From NCBI GenBank assembly GCA_965205975.1, contig OZ242195.1, positions 5,495,253 through 5,559,252 of the forward strand: 64,000 bases of DNA, given 5' to 3'. This document shows positions 16,671-25,277 of the stretch, piece by piece (position 1 is the first letter of the stretch; every line of letters starts with the position of its first letter). Position numbers and translations under genes: made by a program. The notes under the pieces are model-generated. The model was not told the DNA's origin. It ran no database searches and saw nothing but the letters and a program-made list of their open reading frames with translations. Source of the DNA: Candidatus Latescibacterota bacterium. GTDB taxonomy: Bacteria > Latescibacterota > UBA2968.

Positions 16671-18763
16671 TGGACCTGTCGTTATACGAGACGATCTGGC
16701 TGGTCGGCGCGGCGATTGCCGCCGGGTTGCTCTGGGGCATTTTTGTTTCGGCGATAAAGCGGAAGGGTACGCCGTTGCCGCTGTTGTTGTTGATTTCGGC
16801 GGGGGCACTCTGGTACACTGGGGACGCGCTGCGCATTTTGATCGAGCAGACGGCCCCGGGCGCTGGTGCGGTGAATTATGCGGCGCATCTGGCGCGTTTT
16901 GGGCTGGATTTTTTGCCGTCTGCGCTGCTGGGAACCGTGCTGGCTTTTGCAGATGAGCACAAGGTGGCGCGTGGGTTGCGGCGGTATCTCATTCCTATCA
17001 CTTTTGTGCCGGGGGTGATCATTTTTTTGATTGGCATGTCTCAAGCGCCGATCAAGCGCGTGAGTTTTAGCCTGTATGCTATTGCTATGCTTCTGTTTTC
17101 GGCGTATCTCTGCCGGGGATTTGCGATGCGGTCGGAGACAGAGGTGCATAAGGTGTTTTGTCGGCTGATGGCATTTGCGCTGACGGGTATCGCGGTTTTG
17201 ACGGTTTTTGCGTATCCGATTGGGTTGCTTCAAAGTAATGTTGTGGGACCGGTGCTCGCGTTGGTGCTTTTTCTTTCGCCTATCGCGCCGGCGTATATTC
17301 TGGGCTATTTTATTTATCGGTACAGCTTTTTCCAGATTGTGGTGAATCCCGCGTTGTTTTATTCCGCGCTGACGGGTATTGTGTTGACGGTTTATTTGCT
17401 GGTGATCCGGCGCGTTGCAGAGGCATTGGGGCGTCTGGACAGTGGGTTCAGGGTAGAGGTGGTAGAGGCTATTTTGATTTCGCTGCTGATTTTTCTGTTT
17501 CAGCCGATTAAGAACAGGTTGCAGGGGATCATCAATCGTCTGTTTTTCAGGGCGCGATATGAGTACCAGCATTTGCTGGGTACGTTGAGTCAAACGCTGA
17601 ATGTGCCGCACGCGCTGGAGAGGCGGTTGGAGTCGGTGGTGGATGCGGTCGGTGCGGTGTTGAAAGTGCATGCTGTGTCGCTGGTGGTGTTTGAGTACGA
17701 GGATGGGGAGGTGAGTCAGGTGCAGGTGATCGCAAGCAGTGGTTTACCGGGGTTTGAGCCGCCTGTCACACCATTTGGGGATGGGGACGGGACGCAGATT
17801 GAAGCGGTGGTCGGCTGGTTGTTGACCCATCGCCGTCCGCTGGATGTGGGCGATTTGCACCATCCGGCACTTACTACAATACTCGCAAAGCAAGGGGTTG
17901 AGCTGTGTATTCCGGTGTTGCAAGAGGAAAAGCCGGTTGGTTTGCTCTGTCTGGGCGAGAAGAAGCGCGGGGGATCTTTTTCGTCTGAAGAATGGGATTT
18001 GCTGGGTACGCTTTGCAATCAGATTGCACTGGCGATTGAAAATACGCGTCTGGTGGAGCGGCGGTTGCAATTGGAGCGGCAGATGTACGAGGCGGAACGG
18101 CTTTCGGCGTTGGGGTTGCTTTCGGCGAGTATCGCGCACGAGGTGAAGAATCCCCTGAGTTCGATCAAGGCGATAGCGACTGTGTTGCGGGAGGATTTGC
18201 AGGGTGATCAGACAAAGGCGGGCGATTTGTCTGTGGTGTTGCGCGAGATTGATCGGCTAAACCGCGTGGTGGATCGCTTGCTCAGATTTGCCCAACCCAG
18301 GCAGGACAATGGGTTTCAGGTGTTGGATCTGAAGGCTGTGCTGGAAGATGTGGTGTTGATTTTGTTCCACGAGGCGGAGCGACAGAATGTGGAGATTTGT
18401 TTTGAGGTGGATGATGGTCTCGCGGTGAAGGGCGATCCAGAAGATTTAAAGGAAGTATTTTTCAATTTGATTTTGAACGGTATTCAGGCTATAGAAAGCG
18501 ATCAGGTAGAGCGGCGGTTGACGGTGCAGGCGCGGCGGTTGCACGGGGGTGTAGAGGTGCGGGTGTCGGATACGGGTCCGGGGATTTCAGTGGAGAATCA
18601 AGATCGCATTTTTGAGCCGTTTTTTACGACGAAGGCTTCGGGCACGGGGTTGGGGCTTGCGATTGTGAAGCGCGATGTGGCGCGCATGGGGGGCGCGGTT
18701 GAGGTGGCAAATGCAGATGGGGCAGGGGCGGTGTTTGCGGTTCAACTTCCCGGGGGGGGATGA
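16670..18763 (+). CDS. Multi-TM sensor histidine kinase with GAF domain
   Basis: About 8-9 N-terminal TM helices, GAF (LCIPV..VGLLCLG..F...E..LL..L.NQIALAIEN), H-box IAHEVKNPL, NLILNG, DTGPG, FFTTK, GTGLGL; TGATG overlap with the sulfatase stop. Confidence 0.92.
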   Translation: MDLSLYETIWLVGAAIAAGLLWGIFVSAIKRKGTPLPLLLLISAGALWYTGDALRILIEQTAPGAGAVNYAAHLARFGLDFLPSALLGTVLAFADEHKVARGLRRYLIPITFVPGVIIFLIGMSQAPIKRVSFSLYAIAMLLFSAYLCRGFAMRSETEVHKVFCRLMAFALTGIAVLTVFAYPIGLLQSNVVGPVLALVLFLSPIAPAYILGYFIYRYSFFQIVVNPALFYSALTGIVLTVYLLVIRRVAEALGRLDSGFRVEVVEAILISLLIFLFQPIKNRLQGIINRLFFRARYEYQHLLGTLSQTLNVPHALERRLESVVDAVGAVLKVHAVSLVVFEYEDGEVSQVQVIASSGLPGFEPPVTPFGDGDGTQIEAVVGWLLTHRRPLDVGDLHHPALTTILAKQGVELCIPVLQEEKPVGLLCLGEKKRGGSFSSEEWDLLGTLCNQIALAIENTRLVERRLQLERQMYEAERLSALGLLSASIAHEVKNPLSSIKAIATVLREDLQGDQTKAGDLSVVLREIDRLNRVVDRLLRFAQPRQDNGFQVLDLKAVLEDVVLILFHEAERQNVEICFEVDDGLAVKGDPEDLKEVFFNLILNGIQAIESDQVERRLTVQARRLHGGVEVRVSDTGPGISVENQDRIFEPFFTTKASGTGLGLAIVKRDVARMGGAVEVANADGAGAVFAVQLPGGG

Positions 18764-18770
18764 TGCAGTG

Positions 18771-18855
18771 TGATCCGCAGATGACGCAGATGGACGCAGA
18801 TAAAAGAGATGTTGGAGGGCTGACCGCTGACAGCCAAGATGTGTGAAGGATGAAG
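18771..18855 (+). repeat. Composite spacer: CGCAGAT repeats plus heptamer remnants
   Basis: TGATCCGCAGATGACGCAGATGGACGCAGATAA, then GCTGACC GCTGACA, then TGTGAAG GATGAAG overlapping the regulator start. Confidence 0.7.
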
Positions 18856-20250
18856 ACTATGCAGCATAAAATTCTGATTGTGGATGATGATCCTGCGGCG
18901 CGGTACGGGTTGAAGCGGGCACTCGCGGCGCTGGGGTGTGAGATTGTCGAGGCAGAGGACGGTGAGGCGGCACTGGTAGCTGTGGCGCAGAGCAATCCCG
19001 ATTTGCTGATTTGCGATATCCAGATGCCAAAGATGGATGGGTTGACGCTGGTGAAGCGGTTGGCTGATCAGGGGGATGCGCGGCCGGTTATTGTGATTAC
19101 AGCGTATGGGTCGGAGCGGGTTGCGGTGGAGGCGATGAAGGCGGGGGCGTACGATTATTTGAGCAAGCCCTACGATGTGGATGAGTTGCGCTGTCTGGTG
19201 GAGAATGTTCTGGAGACGGTGCGGTTGCGGCGGGAGAATGAGACGCTTCGCAATGAGATTCGGCAGCAGTCGGGGTTCGGGTTGTTGATTGGTCGCAGCC
19301 GCGCGATGAAGGGGGTTTACGATTTGATCGGCAAGGTGGCGAGGACCGATGCGGGGGTGCTGATTGGCGGGGAGAGCGGTACGGGAAAGGAGTTGGTCGC
19401 GCGGGCGATTCACGAGCAGAGCGGGCGAAAGGCGCGGACATTTGTGGCGGTGAATGCAGCGGCGTTGCCGACGGAGTTGATCGAGAGCGAGTTGTTCGGG
19501 CATGAGAGGGGCGCGTTTACCGGGGCGACTGCGCGGCGGCAGGGGAAGTTTGAGCTTGCGGATGGGGGGACGCTGTTTTTGGATGAGATCGGCGATATGC
19601 ATATCGAGACGCAGGCGAAGTTGTTGCGCGTGCTGGAAGAGAAACAGTTTGAGCGGCTGGGCGGTTCGGAGACGGTGACGGTGGATGTTCGGATTATCAG
19701 CGCGACGAATAAGGATTTGCCGGTGGAGATTGCAGAGGGGCGGTTTCGGGAGGATCTCTTTTATCGCTTGAAGGTGGTGGATATTTTTTTGCCGCCGTTG
19801 CGGGATCGGCGCGAGGATATTCCGCTGCTCATTCAGCATTTTTTGGCGCGTTTTAATGATCAGCACGGCAAGGCGATGACGGATGTGCCGCCGGGTGTGA
19901 TGAAGATGCTGATGGTGTATGCATGGCCGGGCAATATACGGGAGTTGATGCACGTGGTCGAGCGGGCGATTATTTTTTCGGATGGGTCCGAGTTGAGTCT
20001 CGATTTACTTCCTCAGGAGGTTCGGGGCGTTGAGTCTGTGGAGGGCACCGAATCTGTCTGGCGGGATGGGGTGTTTTTTCAAGATGCAAAGCAGGAGGTT
20101 GTGCAGTCTTTTGAGGTTGCGTTTATTCGGTCTGCATTGGAATACTACAACGGCAATATTAGCCGTACAGCACCGGCCATTGGCATGAAAAGGCAGGCGC
20201 TGCAACAAAAGTTGAAGGAGCACAGGATCGATCCTGGGATTTATCGTTAG
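18850..20250 (+). CDS. Sigma-54-dependent response regulator (NtrC family: REC, AAA+, HTH)
   Basis: ILIVDDD, CDIQMP, GESGTGKE, ESELFGHERGAFTGA, LFLDEIG, FREDLFYRL, WPGNIREL, Fis-type HTH. Confidence 0.95.
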   Translation: MKTMQHKILIVDDDPAARYGLKRALAALGCEIVEAEDGEAALVAVAQSNPDLLICDIQMPKMDGLTLVKRLADQGDARPVIVITAYGSERVAVEAMKAGAYDYLSKPYDVDELRCLVENVLETVRLRRENETLRNEIRQQSGFGLLIGRSRAMKGVYDLIGKVARTDAGVLIGGESGTGKELVARAIHEQSGRKARTFVAVNAAALPTELIESELFGHERGAFTGATARRQGKFELADGGTLFLDEIGDMHIETQAKLLRVLEEKQFERLGGSETVTVDVRIISATNKDLPVEIAEGRFREDLFYRLKVVDIFLPPLRDRREDIPLLIQHFLARFNDQHGKAMTDVPPGVMKMLMVYAWPGNIRELMHVVERAIIFSDGSELSLDLLPQEVRGVESVEGTESVWRDGVFFQDAKQEVVQSFEVAFIRSALEYYNGNISRTAPAIGMKRQALQQKLKEHRIDPGIYR

Positions 20251-20257
20251 GACGAAT

Positions 20258-20323
20258 ACGGGCGGGCACAGGGGCACCGCCCCTACAACTGAACTATGTA
20301 GGGACAACCCCCTGTGGTTGTCC
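20258..20323. repeat. Back-to-back REP doublet
   Basis: Reverse REP 20258-20286 ending CTAC, 11-bp spacer, forward GTAG-GGACAACC-N6-GGTTGTCC at 20298-20323. Confidence 0.75.
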
Positions 20324-20368
20324 TTGCGTCGATAAACTGCTGATAAAATTTACAATCTATTTGACAGG

Positions 20369-20402
20369 TCCGGAGATACACATTGTGTCTCCGGATTTTT
20401 TT
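20369..20402 (+). terminator. Intrinsic terminator after the response regulator
   Basis: TCCGGAGATAC-N5-GTGTCTCCGGA followed by T7. Confidence 0.8.
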
Positions 20403-20412
20403 GTGCCTGTTG

Positions 20413-20450
20413 TGCAATACTCAGTTTGCAGGTGCAATATTTAGTTTGCA
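20413..20450. promoter_or_regulatory. Tandem enhancer (UAS) sites TGCAA-N8-TTGCA x2
   Basis: TGCAATACTCAGTTTGCA (20413-20430) and TGCAATATTTAGTTTGCA (20433-20450), 20-bp period, upstream of the sigma-54 promoter. Confidence 0.75.
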
Positions 20451-20513
20451 CTGATTGGGCAATTTTTAGGGTGGATAACAGGGAAAATGGCCTTTTTCAG
20501 GGGTAAAATGGTT

Positions 20514-20530
20514 TTGGCACGGGATTTGCA
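20514..20530 (+). promoter_or_regulatory. Sigma-54 (-24/-12) promoter
   Basis: TTGGCACGGGATTTGCA matches YTGGCACG-N4-TTGCW. Confidence 0.88.
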
Positions 20531-20586
20531 TATGACGTGTTGTGACCGAGTAGTTTGAGATGTGAACCTTTGAGAAGGAGGCTGAG

Positions 20587-21234
20587 ATGTCAACGCTTAC
20601 ATCGACGTTTGTGACCGCGTTTCCAGGCCAGGTTGCCAATTTGATTACTGCGGGCAGAGTGGTTTTGCTGTTTCTGGCGACGGCTTTTGCCGTGTCTGGA
20701 GATGCGATGCTGGCCTGGGTTGCGGTGCCGCTCGCATTTGTTGCGCTGGTGATGGATTGGCTGGATGGGTATCTCGCGCGGCGATTGGGATGCGAGAGCA
20801 AGGTTGGGGGGTTGCTGGATATTGTGGGGGATCGGATTGCGGAGAATGTGTGGTGGGTGGTGTTTGCGTGGTTGCACGTCATTCCACTGTGGGTGCCGAT
20901 TGTGGTGCTCAGCAGGGGGTTTGTGACGGATGCAATTCGCAGTTGTGCGCTGACTAAGGGCTTCACAGCGTTTGGCGAGTCAACGATGATGAAGTCGCGG
21001 ATTGGGTTCGCGCTGGTTGCTTCGCGCGTGAGCCGGGCGACGTACGGGACTTCCAAGGTGGTCGCGTTTGTGCTGTTGTTCAGCCTGAATGCGGCGCAGG
21101 AGATGTCGGGTTTGGCGCCCGCATTTTTGTCCTATCTCGAATTGGTTGCCGTGGCGGCGACATATCTGACGGTCGCGCTTTGTGTTATTCGGGCGATTCC
21201 AGTGGTTACGGCTGCCAAACGGGTTGTTGTGTAA
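20587..21234 (+). CDS. CDP-alcohol phosphatidyltransferase family protein
   Basis: ANLITAGR, DWLDGYLARRLGCESKVGGLLDIVGD signature; AAGGAGG upstream. Confidence 0.92.
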   Translation: MSTLTSTFVTAFPGQVANLITAGRVVLLFLATAFAVSGDAMLAWVAVPLAFVALVMDWLDGYLARRLGCESKVGGLLDIVGDRIAENVWWVVFAWLHVIPLWVPIVVLSRGFVTDAIRSCALTKGFTAFGESTMMKSRIGFALVASRVSRATYGTSKVVAFVLLFSLNAAQEMSGLAPAFLSYLELVAVAATYLTVALCVIRAIPVVTAAKRVVV

Positions 21235-21266
21235 GGTAGTGGTTGAGTTACTACCCCTGACTCCCT

Positions 21267-21357
21267 CTGTGTTCATTCGTGTTCATCTGTGGTTGCATTT
21301 TGGGGGATGATGGAGCGGGGTTCGTCTATTCGTAGATTCGTCTATTCGTAGATTCGT
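21267..21357 (-). repeat. 10-bp repeat remnant plus left end of the octamer element
   Basis: Minus strand reads CGAATCTA CGAATAGA CGAATCTA CGAATAGA CGAACCCCGCTC..., as at 5693-5712, followed by CCACAGATGAACACGAATGAACACAG. Confidence 0.75.
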
Positions 21358-21374
21358 TTTTTCAGGAGAACGAC

Positions 21375-22385
21375 ATGAAACAGGGAACGCATATCGTGCT
21401 TTGTCTGATTGGGTTTGTCGGCCTGGGTGTGCTTTTGCATCAGCTCAGTGCCCCAGAGGTATTGCAACATGTTTTGATGATGGGTTGGGGGTATGTGCTG
21501 GTGATCGGTCTGTCGCTGGTGGTATCTGTTCATCATGCGTGGATGTGGCGGGCATGCTTTGATCGCGGGGCGAAAAGGCCGCGTTTGAGGCAGTTGCTGT
21601 GGGTGCAGTTGGTTGGCGAGGCGGTGGGCAATGTGGCACCGGCATCGCAGGTTGGTAAGGAGGTCGGCAAGGCGATTGTGCTGCGCGATAAGATGTGCGT
21701 TTCCCGCGGGGTGTCGTCGCTGGTGATCAATAAGACGGGTGAGATGATTGGCGGGGTGATTTTTGTGATCGGTGGTGTTGTGATAGGTTTGCAGCGGTTT
21801 TCGTGGCCGGCTGAGGTGCGGGGCGCTCTGGTCGCTGTTCTGGTGCTGTCTGTTCTGGGGGTTGTTTGGACGGTTTTCAGGCAGCGCCGGAGTCCCTTTG
21901 CACGGTTTTTGAATTTGATGCTGTGGTTGCGGCTTACGTTTTTGGAGCGGTTCCGCGACCACGCAGTGGAGATTGACGAGAATTTGGCGCAGTTTTATCG
22001 GTTGAATAGGTGGCGTTTGGTGGGGTTGTTGGGTTTACATCTGTTGGGCTGGAGCATGGGGACGCTGGAGATTTACGCGATTCTTTACGTGCTGGGTGAA
22101 CCGATGCCGTTTGTTTGGGTGTATCTGTTCCACGCGCTGATGATTGTGATTAATGCGGCGTTCTTTTTTGTTCCGCTCGGGATGGGCGTTTTTGAAGGTG
22201 GGCATGTGTTTCTGTTTCATTTGATGGGTTTGGATCCAAAGATGGGTTTGGCTGTGGGCATTATTCGGCGGGTTCGGAGGCTTTTCTGGATGCAGGTGGG
22301 GCTAACGCTGTTGCTGATCGGGTCGCGGGGTAAGCAGGCTGATGCGGTGTCGAAAAATGATAGCCTTCAGCAGGTGGAGATGTAG
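21375..22385 (+). CDS. LPG synthase TM / UPF0104 flippase-like membrane protein
   Basis: About 8 TM helices; W...F, GEAVGNVAP...G.E..K, PLGMGVFEGG, GLAVGIIRR. Confidence 0.85.
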   Translation: MKQGTHIVLCLIGFVGLGVLLHQLSAPEVLQHVLMMGWGYVLVIGLSLVVSVHHAWMWRACFDRGAKRPRLRQLLWVQLVGEAVGNVAPASQVGKEVGKAIVLRDKMCVSRGVSSLVINKTGEMIGGVIFVIGGVVIGLQRFSWPAEVRGALVAVLVLSVLGVVWTVFRQRRSPFARFLNLMLWLRLTFLERFRDHAVEIDENLAQFYRLNRWRLVGLLGLHLLGWSMGTLEIYAILYVLGEPMPFVWVYLFHALMIVINAAFFFVPLGMGVFEGGHVFLFHLMGLDPKMGLAVGIIRRVRRLFWMQVGLTLLLIGSRGKQADAVSKNDSLQQVEM

Positions 22386-22439
22386 TGCATCATGCATGAC
22401 AGAAGTTCGTCAACGAATAGCTAAAAAAAGGAGAAAATA

Positions 22440-22958
22440 ATGACACGTTCGATTTCTTATCTGATCTGTATCCTCTTGAGTGTAATCTTCAGTTTTCCAG
22501 TTCAGGCAAAAAAGACTGATCTCACCAAAAATTTCGGTATTGGTCTCCAGGGGGCTACACCCACATTTGGTGGCATTAGTTTTCGCTATAATGGACTGGC
22601 ACCCGTCTATCTTCAAACCGTTGGACGTTTTATTCTCAATGGCCAGGATAGTGACCATATGTTAGGTGCTGGCGTTTCGTATGCGATATTCGAGCATCAG
22701 AGCAGGTGGAACCTTGCCCGCCTTCATTTCACTCTCGAAGGTGGCTGGCAACAGAAAGAGGAGGGGCAGGAGACTGTCAAAACCACGACGCTGGCAACTG
22801 GACTTGCTTTTGGAGGCGAGCTTGTGTTTTCACTTGGGGGGATTCCTCTCGGTTTGAATGTGGAGATCGGTCAAGGGTTTGGTCGGGAAAAAAACGGCTC
22901 TCAATCTAAAGGGCTTGCTGGCGTTTATGCAGGAGGAGGGATACATGCCTATTTTTAG
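22440..22958 (+). CDS. Hypothetical small outer-membrane beta-barrel protein
   Basis: Signal peptide ending VQA, alternating Gly/hydrophobic strands, C-terminal GIHAYF. Confidence 0.6.
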   Translation: MTRSISYLICILLSVIFSFPVQAKKTDLTKNFGIGLQGATPTFGGISFRYNGLAPVYLQTVGRFILNGQDSDHMLGAGVSYAIFEHQSRWNLARLHFTLEGGWQQKEEGQETVKTTTLATGLAFGGELVFSLGGIPLGLNVEIGQGFGREKNGSQSKGLAGVYAGGGIHAYF

Positions 22959-23745
22959 GTCTCTTTCTATTGTTATGATGGTGGCAATCCTGATCAACGT
23001 GATGGCTCCCACTCTCGCACATGCAGCCACATACCTGCAAGGCGCAGAGGTCAATGTCAATACGTTGATCCAAGATGCTTATGTGCAAGTCACTTATTAC
23101 GATAACAAGAATAAACAGAAATTGGAGAAGGGGTGGGTTTACGCTATTGATGAGACCACATTTAAAATTCGAAGCAGAGCACTTTTCGGCAAGGAGATCA
23201 TTGCATATGACAAAGTCCTATCAGTGATCATGAGCGACGAATCTACCACACCAATAAAACAAATCAATGAGGTAGATCGGTTTATTCGAGAGAGACAAGA
23301 TGGACAGAGGATAGAGAGTAGATCCACGCGGATTGGTGACAAGTTGGCAGGTGGCCTTGTTTCAGGGATCCTTTTCGCAGTTGTGGGAGCAGGAGTAGGG
23401 CTGATCAACGGAGATAGCTGCAAAAATGCAGAATCAATATGTATAGATAATGAAGTCGCTCTGGGGCTGGTGGGTGGTTATGCACTCGGTGTGTCCGCTG
23501 GCGTAAGCCTGTTTGACCCTCACGATCAGTTTATAAGTGCATTGGGTGGTACGCTGGTAGGGGGCGCGGCAGGTATTGGATTGACCTTCGTTGATTACAA
23601 ACTTTGGCCATCTATTCTTATATGTCCGATTATCGGGGCCACGATTATGTCCGAGCTTACGCGTAAACCTCCTGATCGCCTCAATCTGAGCATAGCTCCC
23701 ACATCCGCAAAAGGGCTTCGCGCTGTGCTTACGTTTAATTTTTAA
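22945..23745 (+). CDS. Hypothetical exported/membrane protein
   Basis: AGGAGG + ATG 22945, signal peptide ending AHA, Gly-rich hydrophobic segments, C-terminal LTFNF. Confidence 0.6.
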   Translation: MPIFRSLSIVMMVAILINVMAPTLAHAATYLQGAEVNVNTLIQDAYVQVTYYDNKNKQKLEKGWVYAIDETTFKIRSRALFGKEIIAYDKVLSVIMSDESTTPIKQINEVDRFIRERQDGQRIESRSTRIGDKLAGGLVSGILFAVVGAGVGLINGDSCKNAESICIDNEVALGLVGGYALGVSAGVSLFDPHDQFISALGGTLVGGAAGIGLTFVDYKLWPSILICPIIGATIMSELTRKPPDRLNLSIAPTSAKGLRAVLTFNF

Positions 23746-23770
23746 TTGGGGTTGGAGAAGATAAATCTAT

Positions 23771-23795
23771 AAAAAAGGCGACTCTGACGGTCGCC
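23771..23795 (-). terminator. Intrinsic terminator
   Basis: Minus strand GGCGAC-N7-GTCGCC followed by T6, downstream of the DUF2442 gene. Confidence 0.65.
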
Positions 23796-23823
23796 AAGAA
23801 ATAATGTCTCAGTATCTCGCACT

Positions 23824-24090
23824 TTACACACGCTGTTTGGCGGGTCGTGCAGGTACGCCCATTAACATGCCTCCTGCACTGATGTCTTCATCAATATCCG
23901 GCCAGTGAACACCCTGACCGTCGCCGATAAATTCATAGTTTTCACGCTGAGCAGGCGTTGCGTCTGCAAGTCGCCAAGACCAGATGAGCGGTACACTGAT
24001 TGTTCGACCATCCACCAAATCCGCGATGATCAATTCCTCGGTGATCTCGATGGCTTTGATGCGGGGTTCCGTACTATTCGCAGTGTTCAC
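23824..24090 (-). CDS. DUF2442 family protein (putative antitoxin)
   Basis: LVDGRTISVPL.WSWRL..AT..QR.N...IG.G.GVHWPDIDEDIS. Confidence 0.88.
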   Translation of the reverse strand: MNTANSTEPRIKAIEITEELIIADLVDGRTISVPLIWSWRLADATPAQRENYEFIGDGQGVHWPDIDEDISAGGMLMGVPARPAKQRV

Positions 24091-24150
24091 GCCAGGGTCT
24101 CCAAAATTATTACGTAGTGCGATTGGATTAACCGCCGAATTTCATTTGGC
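24074..24150 (-). pseudogene. Remnant 3' end of a DUF4160-like partner gene
   Basis: NEIRRLIQSHYVIILET, then after removing one C, WREHCE*, overlapping the DUF2442 start; the 5' part is missing. Confidence 0.5.
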
Positions 24151-24179
24151 CCTTCTCAAGACATAGACATTGCCGATGT

Positions 24180-24467
24180 CTAATCCCCCGGTGGTTCGCT
24201 CTGAAAAATTATCATTTTCCCCTTCGCTGTGAGGCGGTATTTCTGTTTTGGACTTCTCGGCGATTCAGGCTGTGTCATTTCAACAAGTCCTGTTGTCATA
24301 ACGGGTTGCATATAATTGTAAAAAAACGTGGGACGGTGATGTAATCCAAGGGCTTTCATTGCCTCGCGTGCGCTCAAGGGTTCATTTTTTAAGCAGTTCA
24401 GGATGCGTTTTGCTTGTTCGGTTACTTGTTCGGTTACTTGTTCGGTTTCCTTCCTGCGTGACCGCAA
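24180..24467 (-). pseudogene. Isolated Fic-like C-terminal winged-helix fragment
   Basis: TEQV repeats (12-bp tandem at 24413-24447), LGLHHRPTF..NY..P....GLVEMT.P..PRSPKQKYRLT; no catalytic domain and no convincing start. Confidence 0.6.
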
Positions 24468-24479
24468 GCACCCGAATCG

Positions 24480-25259
24480 TTACCAATTTTTTTTCGATCC
24501 TGAATCCAACACCCGGAATCCATATCGCTGAAAGACCGCAGCCGCTGTGTCTGATTGAAAGAAGTGCATGGCGGCTGCGACTGTTGGTGTGTGTCGTCCT
24601 TTTACGATGGCGATTGGATAGACAATGGGTGTGTGCAATAGGGAATCGGGGAGTGTGGCAATTACTTCGACGCCATCGCTGATGGTCGCGTCTGTGGCAT
24701 AGACAATGCCGGCTGTACATTCTCCGCGGGCGACCAGTGTGAGTGCGCCGCGCACGTCCATTGCCGGGGCGATGCGGTTTTTGAGCAGGGGCCACCAGCC
24801 CAATTTTTTCAGGGCTTCTACGGCGTAGATGCCCGCAGGCACATGAGAGGGGTCGCCCAGGGCCAATTGTCCTTCGAATGCGCTGGGGAAGTCAAAGTCT
24901 GCGTGGGGTTCGACAGAGAATTTTTCATTTTTGGGGGAGATAATTACGAGGGCGTTGCCCAGTAGATCGATTCGGGTATTGGGTTCGAGCAATTTTTCCG
25001 TTGCCAAAAAATCCATCCATTTTACATTAGCTGAGAAATATATATCCGCAGGCGCGCCCTGGGCTATCTGTTTGGCGAGGATTGAAGAACCGGCAAAAGA
25101 CATTCGCAACGATATGCCCTGTTTTTCTGCGGTTTTGGAGAGGTCTTGCAAAGCGCTCGTCAAGCTGGCTGCTGCATATACGGTTACGGGTTCGGCAAGG
25201 GCGATTCCGCGCGTTGCGAGGCAGGTTGTGATGAAGATGTAGATGAATAGTTTTTTCAT
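24480..25259 (-). CDS. modA: Molybdate ABC transporter substrate-binding protein
   Basis: Signal peptide, VYAAASL, SFAGSSILAKQIAQGAPADIYFSAN, GDPSHVPAGIYA, GIVYATDA; real start ATG 25259. Confidence 0.92.
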   Translation of the reverse strand: MKKLFIYIFITTCLATRGIALAEPVTVYAAASLTSALQDLSKTAEKQGISLRMSFAGSSILAKQIAQGAPADIYFSANVKWMDFLATEKLLEPNTRIDLLGNALVIISPKNEKFSVEPHADFDFPSAFEGQLALGDPSHVPAGIYAVEALKKLGWWPLLKNRIAPAMDVRGALTLVARGECTAGIVYATDATISDGVEVIATLPDSLLHTPIVYPIAIVKGRHTPTVAAAMHFFQSDTAAAVFQRYGFRVLDSGSKKNW

Positions 25260-25277
25260 GGGATAAAGGAGAATAGT

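Noticed and set aside
18742..19953. 403-aa minus-strand ORF, and similar long antisense ORFs at 95-820, 8235-9179 and 16682-17671
   Set aside because: Antisense shadows of well-supported genes, with no recognisable motifs
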